DNA of 64,000 bases from Terriglobia bacterium (lineage in GTDB: Bacteria > Acidobacteriota > Terriglobia > Bryobacterales > Bryobacteraceae), in NCBI GenBank assembly GCA_963723645.1, contig CAVRRR010000002.1, forward strand, positions 376,163 through 440,162, read 5' to 3'. Within the stretch, counting starts at the first letter, position 1, and every line of letters starts with the position of its first letter. The notes under the pieces were generated by a model. The model was not told the DNA's origin. It made no database searches and saw only the letters and a program-made list of their open reading frames with translations. This document shows positions 20,406-28,556 of the stretch, piece by piece. The position numbers and the translations under genes were made by a program.

Positions 20406-21218
20406 ATGGGATTCGAACGCGAAGTCGAAATTGCCAGACAAGTTGCGCAAGAAGCGGGCGCGTTGGCGCTCGATTATGTCCGGAGCGGGTTTGCGACCGA
20501 GATCAAGGCGGACGAATCTCCGGTGACGGCCGCGGACAGAGCCTGCGAAAAGCTGATCGTCGAGGCCATCAGCCGGGAGTTTCCGGAGGACGGCATTTTG
20601 GGTGAAGAGGGCGCCAACCGCGAGAGCCGAAACGGACGGAAGTGGATCATCGATCCGATCGACGGGACCCGGGATTTTGTGCGTGGAATACCGCTCTGGG
20701 CTGTACTGATCGGACTCGAAGAGCAAGGTGAGGTAGTGGCCGGAGCGGCTTACAGCCCGGGCCAGAATGTGCTGCTGTGGGCAGCGCGCGGACACGGGGC
20801 CTGGGCGAATGGAGTACGCATCCATGTTTCCGATAAATCCCAGCCTTCCGACGCTGTCCTATCTTTCAACGGGTTCAACAAAGCCGGCGTACGAGCTCTT
20901 ACGGCGGGGCTGCTGCCGTGGGTCGAGAGATTTTGGGCAGTACGAAGTCTCGGAGGTGCGGTGGACGCAATTCTGCTCGCGCAGGGCAAGGCGGATGTCT
21001 GGATCGAGCCAAACGCCTCACCGTGGGACTTCGCTCCTCTCAAGATCCTCGTGGAGGAAGCGGGAGGGGTTTTTAGGAGTTTTGCGGGCGAAAGCACAAT
21101 CTATGGCGGGAATGCCTACGCCTGCACACCCGGTCTGGAGTTCTACGTAAAAGAGCTGCTGGCGCAAGCTCGCGGCGCTGCTGACGCAAGTGCCGGCAGA
21201 ATCGCATCAAAGCAATAG
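20406..21218 (+). CDS. Inositol monophosphatase family protein (IMPase / histidinol-phosphatase HisN-like)
   Basis: The ATG at 20406 gives MGFEREVEIARQVAQEAG. Motifs DGILGEEG and WIIDPIDGTRDF, plus the later WDFAP block, are present. Confidence 0.85.
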   Translation: MGFEREVEIARQVAQEAGALALDYVRSGFATEIKADESPVTAADRACEKLIVEAISREFPEDGILGEEGANRESRNGRKWIIDPIDGTRDFVRGIPLWAVLIGLEEQGEVVAGAAYSPGQNVLLWAARGHGAWANGVRIHVSDKSQPSDAVLSFNGFNKAGVRALTAGLLPWVERFWAVRSLGGAVDAILLAQGKADVWIEPNASPWDFAPLKILVEEAGGVFRSFAGESTIYGGNAYACTPGLEFYVKELLAQARGAADASAGRIASKQ

Positions 21219-21223
21219 AAGCT

Positions 21224-22159
21224 ATGAATGGTTACCAAGCGCTGCGTGAAGCAGCGGCGTGGATAGATTTATCGGACCGGGGCAAGATCCGGGTGACAGG
21301 CGAGGACCGCGCACGCCTTTTGCACGCCATGACCACGCAGCATATTCAAGAGCTGGAACTCGACGGCGGCCGCTATGCCTTCTTTCTCAGCGACAAGGGC
21401 CGGATATTGGCGGACGCGTTCGTCTACAACCTAGCCGACGCGCTCTTTCTGGATACTGAACCTGAGACGCGGACCAAAGTGTTTGATCACCTGGATCGCT
21501 TCATCATCGCGGACGACGTCACGCTCGAGGACGAGAGCGACAGCCTGGCCGCAATAGGACTGGAAGGGCCGGAAAGCCTGGAAATGGCGCGGCGATTCGG
21601 CTTTGGAGTACCACAGGAAAAGCTTGCGATATGCAAGAACCAGGGCGGGTTCGCCGTCAGGGTCGGAGCGACGGGAGGCGAAGGAATCCGGATCTTCATG
21701 GCGAAGGGCGAAGGCGCAGATCTCATAAATCGTCTACGCGCCGCAGGCGTTCCCGAGGCAACGCCGGAAGAGGCACGAATCGTCCGGCTCGAACACGGTG
21801 TTCCGAGATATGGTGAAGAGATCACGGAGCGTTACCTGGTCCAGGAGACGCAGGTGCAGCAGGCCGTTCACCCGAACAAGGGTTGCTATTTGGGCCAGGA
21901 AATCGTGGAGCGGGTGAGGGCACGCGGGCAGGTGCACCGTCTTCTTACGCCGATTCGAATTGCATCACAGACGCCGCCCGCAGCGGGAACGAAGCTGACT
22001 GCCAATGGAGCAGACGCCGGGGAGATCAGTTCAGCCGTCTATTCACCGGCACAAGGCGAGGTGGTCGGGCTCGCTTATATGCGAACGGAAGCGGCACACT
22101 CGAAGCCGGAGATGTCCGTGGCGGGAAGCGATCCGATGGTGCCGGCGTTCATTCGATAG
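21224..22159 (+). CDS. ygfZ: Folate-binding YgfZ / GcvT-like aminomethyltransferase family protein
   Basis: 311 aa. The signature KGCYLGQEIVERVRARGQVHRLL is present, and the N-terminal GcvT-like region reads DLSDRGKIRVTGEDRARLLHAMTT. Confidence 0.8.
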   Translation: MNGYQALREAAAWIDLSDRGKIRVTGEDRARLLHAMTTQHIQELELDGGRYAFFLSDKGRILADAFVYNLADALFLDTEPETRTKVFDHLDRFIIADDVTLEDESDSLAAIGLEGPESLEMARRFGFGVPQEKLAICKNQGGFAVRVGATGGEGIRIFMAKGEGADLINRLRAAGVPEATPEEARIVRLEHGVPRYGEEITERYLVQETQVQQAVHPNKGCYLGQEIVERVRARGQVHRLLTPIRIASQTPPAAGTKLTANGADAGEISSAVYSPAQGEVVGLAYMRTEAAHSKPEMSVAGSDPMVPAFIR

Positions 22160-22168
22160 AAGGCCTTT

Positions 22169-23344
22169 TCAGTCTTCGCCCAGCAATTTGCCGAGATTTT
22201 CAAGAGAGTCGACGTTGTCGCAGACGGCCTTGATCGCAGCCGTGAGAGGGATAGCGAGTACGAGGCCGACAGCGCCCCAGAGAAGTCCCCAAAACATCAT
22301 CGCCACCGTAACGACAAGCGGGTTCAGCCGAACGCGGCGTCCGACGACCTTGGCGTAGAGAAAGTTCATGGAGACGACGTGCAGCACGGTGGTGATCAGG
22401 ATCACGGTGATCACGATCTTGAACTTGTTCGGTATGGCAAGGGCGGCCATCACCGGCGGGATCACGCTCAGCGGAAGGCCTACGTAAGGCACCAGGCTGA
22501 AGAATGCGCTCAAAGTTCCGACGAGCGGCCAATAAGGCAGTCCGAAGAAGAAAAAAGTTAGCCCGCTGACTGCGCTCAGAAAGACCCAGAGCAGAAAGTT
22601 GCCGAGCACGAAGGCGCGAGTGGAATCGCCGATGTTCGACCAGCTCTTTCCCACGATCTGGCGATTTTCACCCGAAAAGAGCAGCAGGAACCGGCGATTG
22701 ATGTGATCTCGCCAGCTGAGCATAAAGTAGACGAGAAACGGCACGAAAGACGCCATTATCATGGCGTGAACGTAGCCCGATACGTAGCCGTAAGCAGTTG
22801 AGATGAAGGGGCGAGGGTCGGTGTGGATGCGGACTTCCTGAATGGGCGGAGGCTGCGCCGGCGTTGCGTTCGAGGTGTTTGCGCCGGCGCGGCGCTTTCG
22901 GGCGCGCTGGGCCTCCTGCGGCTTCTGCTGAATCTGCTGCTGCTGCTGAAGCCAGTTTTTGGGCAGCATCAGATCGAGTGTTTTCTTTTCCGCATCGTCC
23001 ACCCTAGTGTTCACCGAATCGACGACTTCGCCCACGCGTGAGCTATAGGTAGGCAGATCTTCCTTGATGGTGGCTATTTGACTCCAGGCCATTGCGCCGA
23101 GGATGTAGACAGCGATGAGCGCTATCGCGATGACGATGAAAGTTGCGACGGCGCGGGGCACGTGAAGTTTCATCACGAGCAGGACCACCGGATCGAGGAT
23201 GAACGCGAAGACAGCCGAGATGATCAGGGTGACAAAAAAGTCACGCCCGAAGTAGAGAAGAGCGATCAGCGCCGCGAAAGCAATCAGCGTTCGTCCAACA
23301 CCGGACGTACGCTGCGAAATGGGCTGATAACTTAGCAGTGCCAA
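22169..23344 (-). CDS. AI-2E family transporter (PerM/UPF0118) with a Gln-rich loop insertion
   Basis: 391-aa polytopic protein. The C-terminal block is FWGLLWGAVGLVLAIPLTAAIK. It carries an unusual low-complexity loop, NWLQQQQQIQQKPQEAQRARKRRAG. Confidence 0.75.
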   Translation of the reverse strand: MALLSYQPISQRTSGVGRTLIAFAALIALLYFGRDFFVTLIISAVFAFILDPVVLLVMKLHVPRAVATFIVIAIALIAVYILGAMAWSQIATIKEDLPTYSSRVGEVVDSVNTRVDDAEKKTLDLMLPKNWLQQQQQIQQKPQEAQRARKRRAGANTSNATPAQPPPIQEVRIHTDPRPFISTAYGYVSGYVHAMIMASFVPFLVYFMLSWRDHINRRFLLLFSGENRQIVGKSWSNIGDSTRAFVLGNFLLWVFLSAVSGLTFFFFGLPYWPLVGTLSAFFSLVPYVGLPLSVIPPVMAALAIPNKFKIVITVILITTVLHVVSMNFLYAKVVGRRVRLNPLVVTVAMMFWGLLWGAVGLVLAIPLTAAIKAVCDNVDSLENLGKLLGED

Positions 23345-23406
23345 AGCAAAACGAGGGTCTCGATAACGGCCACTCTAGCACGTGCTGAGCAATTTATAAT
23401 CCAAAC

Positions 23407-23883
23407 GTGGGAGCTACAGATGAGCAAGATCCGGGCGGTCGAATTCTGGCGCTGGACGTCGGGAAAAGGAGAATCGGGCTGGCAGTGAGCGACCCGTTTC
23501 GGATCACCGCGCAAGGCCTTGACACGCTGGAGCGGACACGGATTCGGGAGGACCTCGAAAGGCTTCGCGAAACCATAGCCAAATGGGATATCGGGCTGCT
23601 GCTGGTGGGCAAGCCGCTGCATATGAGCGGAGCAGAAAGCCGGCAGAGCAAATACACGGAGGAGTTTGCCGAACGGCTGGGCGAGTACGTTCAGAGGCCG
23701 GTGGTGTACTGGGACGAACGGCTCACATCAGCCGAGGCGGAACGGATGTTGAAACAGGCGAGTCAGACGCTCGATCAGCGAAAGAAAGCTGTCGATAAAT
23801 TGGCAGCGATCCTTTTACTCGAGAGCTACTTGGGTTATCTAGAGATTACGGCCGACGAGACCGCGCGAGGAATACTTGGCTAA
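23407..23883 (+). CDS. ruvX: Holliday junction resolvase-like RuvX (YqgF)
   Basis: GTG start. RILALDVGKRRIGLAVSD and DERLTSAEAERML motifs are present, and the size (158 aa) is typical. Confidence 0.9.
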   Translation: MGATDEQDPGGRILALDVGKRRIGLAVSDPFRITAQGLDTLERTRIREDLERLRETIAKWDIGLLLVGKPLHMSGAESRQSKYTEEFAERLGEYVQRPVVYWDERLTSAEAERMLKQASQTLDQRKKAVDKLAAILLLESYLGYLEITADETARGILG

Positions 23884-24898
23884 CCAGCGAAGTCCGCTGC
23901 GACGCTTCGTGTTGGCAGTTACAGGCTTGTTTGCGGTCGCTCTCGCCCTGGCTATCGCGCTCGCTGCGTACTGGTACCTCTCACCTTACCGAAGCTTCGA
24001 CGGGCAAACGTTCGTCGAGATCGAGCATGGCACGTCGTCGGAGAGCATCGCGCAAAAGCTCGAGCAGAAGGGCGTAGTCCGATCACGCTGGGCCTTCATG
24101 GCCGTGCGATTCCTATATCCGCGGGCGGCGCTGCAGGCGGGCGAATACCGATTCGGCGGTGCGGAAACACCCTGGCAAGTGTTCGAGAAAATCCGGCGCG
24201 GCGAGATTTTCTTCGAAGAGTTTACAGTTCCGGAAGGCAGCAATATTTTCGATATCGCGGGGCTACTCGGCAATTCCGACACGGTGAAGCCGGCCGCTTT
24301 CCTGAAGGCGGCAGCGGATCCGCAGAGCATCCGGGATCTTGACCCGAAGGCTCCGGACCTGGAGGGATACCTATTCCCTTCCACCTATCGTGTGACACAC
24401 AAGACCACGGCCAAACAGCTTTGCCGGATGATGACGGATGAATTCCGGAAAGAGTGGCAAGCGCTCGGCGGCGAAAAGCAGGCCGACAAGACGCACCAGA
24501 TCGTGATTCTGGCGTCGCTGATCGAGAAAGAGTCGGCGGTGCGCGAAGAGCGGCCGGAGATAGCGTCGGTGTTTCTGAACAGGCTGCGGCTTTCGATTCC
24601 ACTGCAGTGCGATCCGACGACGATCTATGCGGCTCTGCTCGAGAACCGATATCACGGAGTGATTCACAAATCGGATCTGGCAAGCGCGAGTCCGTACAAC
24701 ACGTACACGCATGCGGGGCTACCGCCGGGGCCGATTGCAAATCCAGGCGCGATGTCGCTGAAGGCTGCTCTGTATCCGGCGGACACGAGTTATCTCTACT
24801 TCGTGGCGAAGCCGAAAGGGGCGGGATCGCATGTGTTTTCGTCGTCGTTCGCGGAGCACGAGAAAGCCGTTCTCGAATATCGAAAAGGAACCAGGTGA
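23876..24898 (+). CDS. mltG: Endolytic murein transglycosylase MltG (YceG-like)
   Basis: TTG start overlapping the ruvX stop. N-terminal TM segment. ILASLIEKES, SVFLNRL, LQCDPTTIYA and YNTYTHAGLPPGPIANPG blocks are present. The ruvX-mltG synteny is common. Confidence 0.9.
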   Translation: MANQRSPLRRFVLAVTGLFAVALALAIALAAYWYLSPYRSFDGQTFVEIEHGTSSESIAQKLEQKGVVRSRWAFMAVRFLYPRAALQAGEYRFGGAETPWQVFEKIRRGEIFFEEFTVPEGSNIFDIAGLLGNSDTVKPAAFLKAAADPQSIRDLDPKAPDLEGYLFPSTYRVTHKTTAKQLCRMMTDEFRKEWQALGGEKQADKTHQIVILASLIEKESAVREERPEIASVFLNRLRLSIPLQCDPTTIYAALLENRYHGVIHKSDLASASPYNTYTHAGLPPGPIANPGAMSLKAALYPADTSYLYFVAKPKGAGSHVFSSSFAEHEKAVLEYRKGTR

Positions 24899-25009
24899 GA
24901 ATGGGTTTCGCGATTTTTGTACCGCGTTAAAAAAATAGACGCGCCGGTTGATCGCTTCCGGGGTGAGTTTGCAGGCACCGGTGAGACGGTCACGCGTTTT
25001 TGCAATTTG

Positions 25010-25036
25010 CTAAGTATCTTACTTTCAGTTACTTAG
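25010..25036. promoter_or_regulatory. AT-rich cluster of TAAGTA half-sites (candidate operator or promoter element)
   Basis: AAGTA-tct-TACTT is a perfect palindrome (25012-25024). TTACTT recurs exactly 10 bp later (25019 and 25029). TTGCAA lies just upstream at 25000-25005. It sits in a locally AT-rich 390-bp intergenic spacer upstream of the disulfide oxidoreductase. Confidence 0.3.
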
Positions 25037-25287
25037 TACAGATTTCATCATGCTCAGAAAACGCTTTTCTGCGATTCTCGATGCAGGGAGAGAGTCCAAA
25101 AAGCCATGATTTTAAGCCCAATTTGGAGCGAAAAAGGGGGGTTTCCGAGGCGAAACCGTGGCGAAACCTAGCCCATTTTGGCGGTAATAAGTGCCATCGC
25201 CGACTAAAAATCCGCGACCGCGACATGCGTTGTATCATCACAGGGCGCAGCTGAGCTCGAGCAGTTCCCGGGCCCGCAACGGAAAGG

Positions 25288-26769
25288 GTGGCAAACGTGG
25301 AACGATACGACATTCTGATCATCGGAAGCGGTGAAGCGGGAAAGTATCTGGCGTGGGAAATGGGAAAAGCGGGCCGCCGTACGGCCCTGATCGAGCGAAA
25401 GTTGATCGGCGGATCGTGTCCGAACGTCGCCTGCCTGCCGAGCAAGAACGTCATCTACAGCGCGAAGATAGCGTATCTGGCCGAACGCGGGCAGGAGTTC
25501 GGGTTGGAGGGCGGGCCGCTCGCGACGAACATGTGGCGCGTCCGCCAGCGCAAGCGAGACATGGTGGACGGGCTGGTCGAGCTGCATCTCCGACATTTTC
25601 GAGCGAGCGGCGCCGAGCTGATTATGGGAGAAGCGCAGTTCGTCGGCCCAAGAACGTTCGAAGTGCAATTGCGCGACGGCGGCACCAGAATTATTGAGGG
25701 CGAGCACGTTTTTCTGAACCTCGGGACCCGCACGCCGATACCGGACTTACCGGGAATGGCGGAAGCGCGAGCGATGACGCACATCGAAGCGCTCGAACTG
25801 GATCACGTACCAGGGCACCTAGTAGTGCTCGGCGGCGGGTACATCGGACTGGAGTTGGCGCAGGCGATGCGGCGGTTCGGTTCGCGCGTGACGGTAATCG
25901 AGCGGGGCCCCCAGCTGGCCGGGCGCGAAGATTCCGATGTAGGAGCGGCGCTGCTCGAATTGTTCGCTGCGGAGGGAATCGAAGCCCTGCTCGGCACACG
26001 AGTGCTAGCCGTAGAGGGGCGGTCCGGGGAGGGGATGCGGATCGTATTGGAAGACGCCGCTGGACGGCGAACGATGGAGGCGACCGATCTACTTCTGGCG
26101 ACCGGCCGCACGCCGAATACCGAAACGATCCGTCTTGACAAGGCGGGCGTACAGCTCGAGCCGAGCGGCTACATCAAAGTGAATGAGCGGCTTGAGACGA
26201 CGGCTCAGAACGTATGGGCGATGGGAGACTGCGCGGGCACTCCGCAGTTTACACACGCGGCCTTCGACGATTTCCGCATTGTGCGCGACAACCTGAACGG
26301 CGGGAACCGGACTACACGAGACAGGCTGATTCCTTTCTGCATGTTCACGGACCCGGAGCTGGTACGAGTTGGCCTGAGCGAGAAGGATGCAAAGCGGCTG
26401 GGCGTGGAATACAGGCTGGCGACAATGCCCATGGCAGCGATCCTGAGGACGAGAACCGTTTCCGAGCCGCGCGGCTTTCTCAAGATGCTGATCGGGGCGC
26501 AATCGGACCTGGTGCTGGGTTTCACTGCATTCGGCGTGGAGGCAAGCGAGCTACTGGCTACAGCCCAGACTGCGATTGCAGGAGGGTTACCTTATACGCT
26601 GCTCCGGGATGCAATCTTCACGCATCCGACGATATCGGAGGGCTTTGGGGCGCTTCTACAGGACGTGCCGGCGAAGGCCACAGCGCCGAACGTCAGCAAA
26701 GTTCTGCCTGCGGAATACAGGGAGGCGGCAGGTTTCGTTCTGTCGTTGAAAGCGAACGATGGATTATGA
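25288..26769 (+). CDS. Class I pyridine nucleotide-disulfide oxidoreductase (MerA/Lpd-like, but not a true mercuric reductase)
   Basis: GTG start with GGAAAGGG upstream. YDILIIGSGEAGK (FAD fold), a redox-active pair GGSCPNVACLPSK, an NAD fold VVLGGGYIGLE, and the C-terminal THPTISEG dimerisation motif. It lacks the C-terminal CC pair and the NmerA domain. Confidence 0.85.
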   Translation: MANVERYDILIIGSGEAGKYLAWEMGKAGRRTALIERKLIGGSCPNVACLPSKNVIYSAKIAYLAERGQEFGLEGGPLATNMWRVRQRKRDMVDGLVELHLRHFRASGAELIMGEAQFVGPRTFEVQLRDGGTRIIEGEHVFLNLGTRTPIPDLPGMAEARAMTHIEALELDHVPGHLVVLGGGYIGLELAQAMRRFGSRVTVIERGPQLAGREDSDVGAALLELFAAEGIEALLGTRVLAVEGRSGEGMRIVLEDAAGRRTMEATDLLLATGRTPNTETIRLDKAGVQLEPSGYIKVNERLETTAQNVWAMGDCAGTPQFTHAAFDDFRIVRDNLNGGNRTTRDRLIPFCMFTDPELVRVGLSEKDAKRLGVEYRLATMPMAAILRTRTVSEPRGFLKMLIGAQSDLVLGFTAFGVEASELLATAQTAIAGGLPYTLLRDAIFTHPTISEGFGALLQDVPAKATAPNVSKVLPAEYREAAGFVLSLKANDGL

Positions 26770-26949
26770 CGAAGCAATTGCGAATCGGAATTAGCGCGAA
26801 CGCATCGTGGATGGGCGAAGGTGTCGCACGTGCCCGCGGTAGAGAAACTGTCGCGCATGGAGCTGCAAACGGTGATGAGCGGGAGCCAGCCGAAAGCGGA
26901 CGCGGCTGCTGAAGGCGTTTGGAGCAAAGACGCGAAGTAGCGGAAGCAT

Positions 26950-27320
26950 CGAGATTGAACCAGCTTGGGCTGTTCGCATTTGTCGGACGTTACCAGCACT
27001 GACGCTTAGATTGGGACGGCGTCAGGAAGCCGCGGCGGAATGTCGATAGACAGGGGCACGTTCGGCACAAGGATTCCGCGACCCAGGAAGGAACGGGCAC
27101 GCATGGGCGCAAAGGACTGCACCAGTGCAACGGATGCCCGAGCGTTGCTATCGACACGATTTTCGAAGACTCTCACGTCCCGCTTCACAAGTGGCTTACG
27201 GCCTTCATCACTGGAGCCGAAGGTACCTGCCGGCATATTGCGTGCAGCTGGATTTCCGCTACAACGCCCGAAAGATCTCCGATCGCTATTTCTGGCAATC
27301 CGGGCTGAGCCTGTAGCTAA
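26950..27320 (+). mobile_element. Decayed IS1595-family (ISXO2-like) transposase N-terminal remnant
   Basis: One frame reads RKGLHQCNGCPSVAIDTIFEDSHVPLHKWLTAFIT (zinc-ribbon C..C followed by the GT.FE.S.IPL.KW block). A shifted frame continues SLEPKVPAGILRAAGFPLQRPKDLRSLFLAIRAE (compare SLKG.S...LHR.LG.TQK.AWFL.HRIRE). An upstream fragment reads RLDWDGV (compare RWPNGV). There are stops and frameshifts, and no DDE domain follows. Confidence 0.55.
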
Positions 27321-27813
27321 AAGTGGCGCAGCAGAATGCACCACAGGGACCCATGGAGGACGTCTGCGTCACGACGACCTGTTCATTCGGCGCACTGCCT
27401 TTGCTGATGAACAACTCACGATATTGTTGTGTGAAAGAGCCAGAAGGGCAGCCGCTACTATTGGGAGGGCCGGTCACTGTACTGCTACGGTCTTGCTCAT
27501 TGACAACATAGTCCGTACTCTGTCCCGTTAAAGGATCGTACCCCTGCGCGGTCCCATGCGCATGCGTATGCATTGTGTACGTCACCGATCCATCGGCATT
27601 CGTACACGGCTGCACAGTCGTCTTGTAGACCAGAGTGGCCGTGATCGTTTGCGGTGAACATTGGCTCTGGTAAGTTTCGTTGAGCGTAGATTCGGAGTGC
27701 TGAACCGGCCCGCAACTGGTCTGAGCCAATGCCTGTTTCTTGGTCGTGATCGCGGCCACTCCAGCGACGGCTAGGCCAGCCCCGAGGTTTTGAAACATCT
27801 CACGTCTGTTCAC
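27286..27813 (-). CDS. Exported Cys/His-rich hypothetical protein (Tat-like leader)
   Basis: GTG start with AGGAG 8 nt upstream. The leader is MNRREMFQNLGAGLAVAGVAAITTKKQALA. The mature part has 9 Cys and a TMHTHAHGT stretch. The last ~12-20 codons overlap the IS1595 remnant on the other strand. Confidence 0.6.
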   Translation of the reverse strand: MNRREMFQNLGAGLAVAGVAAITTKKQALAQTSCGPVQHSESTLNETYQSQCSPQTITATLVYKTTVQPCTNADGSVTYTMHTHAHGTAQGYDPLTGQSTDYVVNEQDRSSTVTGPPNSSGCPSGSFTQQYRELFISKGSAPNEQVVVTQTSSMGPCGAFCCATFSYRLSPDCQK

Positions 27814-27970
27814 AAAGGAACTCCTATCGTTACTCTGCTTAGCAAGGGACGCCAGTATAGCAGTTTCGTCGGACCGCCAAGCCAGCAGACCGCAAATGTA
27901 AGCGAATGATCCACATGGTCAAGAAGCTCCTTGTGCGTATGACTCCGGGCGCGCATCGCGGGAATACCGT

Positions 27971-27999
27971 TTGACAAAAATTCCGGTTTCCTTTAAATC
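27971..27999 (+). promoter_or_regulatory. Sigma-70-like promoter element with no nearby gene
   Basis: TTGACA (27971-27976), a 17-nt spacer, then TAAATC (27994-27999). It lies about 220 bp upstream of padR inside a 400-bp spacer, and partly overlaps the inverted repeat TCCTTT-N7-AAAGGA. Confidence 0.3.
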
Positions 28000-28167
28000 G
28001 GAAAGGATGGGTGAACCCGAACAGGACCCACTAACAGCCGGACACTTTATGCTTCAACGCAAGCGAAGGCAGAACGGGATCTATTGAAAGTGCTTCTGGT
28101 ACAGCCCCGGTGTGTCGCACTGTGCTCCAGAGGCGCTATTTTGTCAGGTGCATGATTCGCGAAAAAT

Positions 28168-28217
28168 TTGCTTTCCTGCTGCAGCCGATGTATTCTACCC
28201 TTGGTAACCAAGGGTAG
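28168..28217 (+). promoter_or_regulatory. padR promoter candidate with an overlapping perfect palindromic operator
   Basis: TTGCTT (28168-28173), a 17-nt spacer, then TATTCT (28191-28196). CTACCCTTGG-TAA-CCAAGGGTAG (28195-28217) has perfect 10-bp arms. It ends 2 nt before the padR TTG start at 28220. Confidence 0.5.
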
Positions 28218-28219
28218 CT

Positions 28220-28555
28220 TTGAGCAAGCCATCCGATCTCGTGCAGGGAACGCTCGATCTTCTGTTGTTGAAGATTCTGGCACTCGAGCCGTTGCACGGC
28301 TGGGCGATAAATATCCGGCTGCGGCAGGTTTCCGGCGAAGTGCTGCAAGTAACCGAGGGTTCGCTGTATCCGGCGCTACACAAACTCGAGCAGGAAGGTT
28401 GGATTGCAGCGGAATGGAAGCAGACTGAGAACAACCGCCGGGCGAAGTTTTATTCGTTGACGCCGGCGGGACGCAGACAACTCGAGTCAGAGTCGGCGAA
28501 CTGGGACCGGCTTTCTTCTGCGATATCACGGGTGATCCGGCTAAAAGAGGCGTAA
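28220..28555 (+). CDS. PadR-family transcriptional regulator
   Basis: 111 aa. The winged-helix pattern is LVQGTLDLLLLKILALEPLHGWAINIRLRQVSGEVLQVTEGSLYPALHKLEQEGWIAAEW...NRRAKFYSLTPAGR. Confidence 0.9.
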   Translation: MSKPSDLVQGTLDLLLLKILALEPLHGWAINIRLRQVSGEVLQVTEGSLYPALHKLEQEGWIAAEWKQTENNRRAKFYSLTPAGRRQLESESANWDRLSSAISRVIRLKEA

Positions 28556-28556
28556 T

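Noticed and set aside
24899-24999. Possible intrinsic terminator after mltG (…ACCGGTGAGACGGTCACGCGTTTTTGC).
   Set aside because: The stems I could draw are only 4-5 bp, which is not convincing without folding energy calculations.
25000-25454. ORFs 25000-25254 (+, 84 aa) and 25029-25454 (-, 141 aa) in the AT-rich spacer.
   Set aside because: Low-complexity, Arg/Ser/Phe-rich products. The minus-strand ORF overlaps the oxidoreductase start. There is no RBS and no family resemblance.
25288-26769. Possible mercuric reductase (merA) and a mercury-resistance locus.
   Set aside because: The redox-active CxxxxC is present. However, the C-terminal vicinal Cys pair and the N-terminal HMA domain are absent, and no merR/merT/merP are nearby. 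I treat it as a generic class I disulfide oxidoreductase.
26766-26912. 48-codon ORF (MTKQLRIGISANASWMGEGV...) overlapping the oxidoreductase stop as ATGA.
   Set aside because: Gly/Arg/Ala-rich composition, no SD, and a position in the decayed zone next to the IS remnant. It is probably not a gene, though the coupling-like overlap is noted.
28277-28296. TGGCAC hexamers inside coding regions (padR at ~28277, the PIG-L gene at ~62305, and others at ~24024, ~35871 and ~48176).
   Set aside because: The spacing to any downstream TTGC/GC is wrong for a -24/-12 promoter, and all are intragenic.
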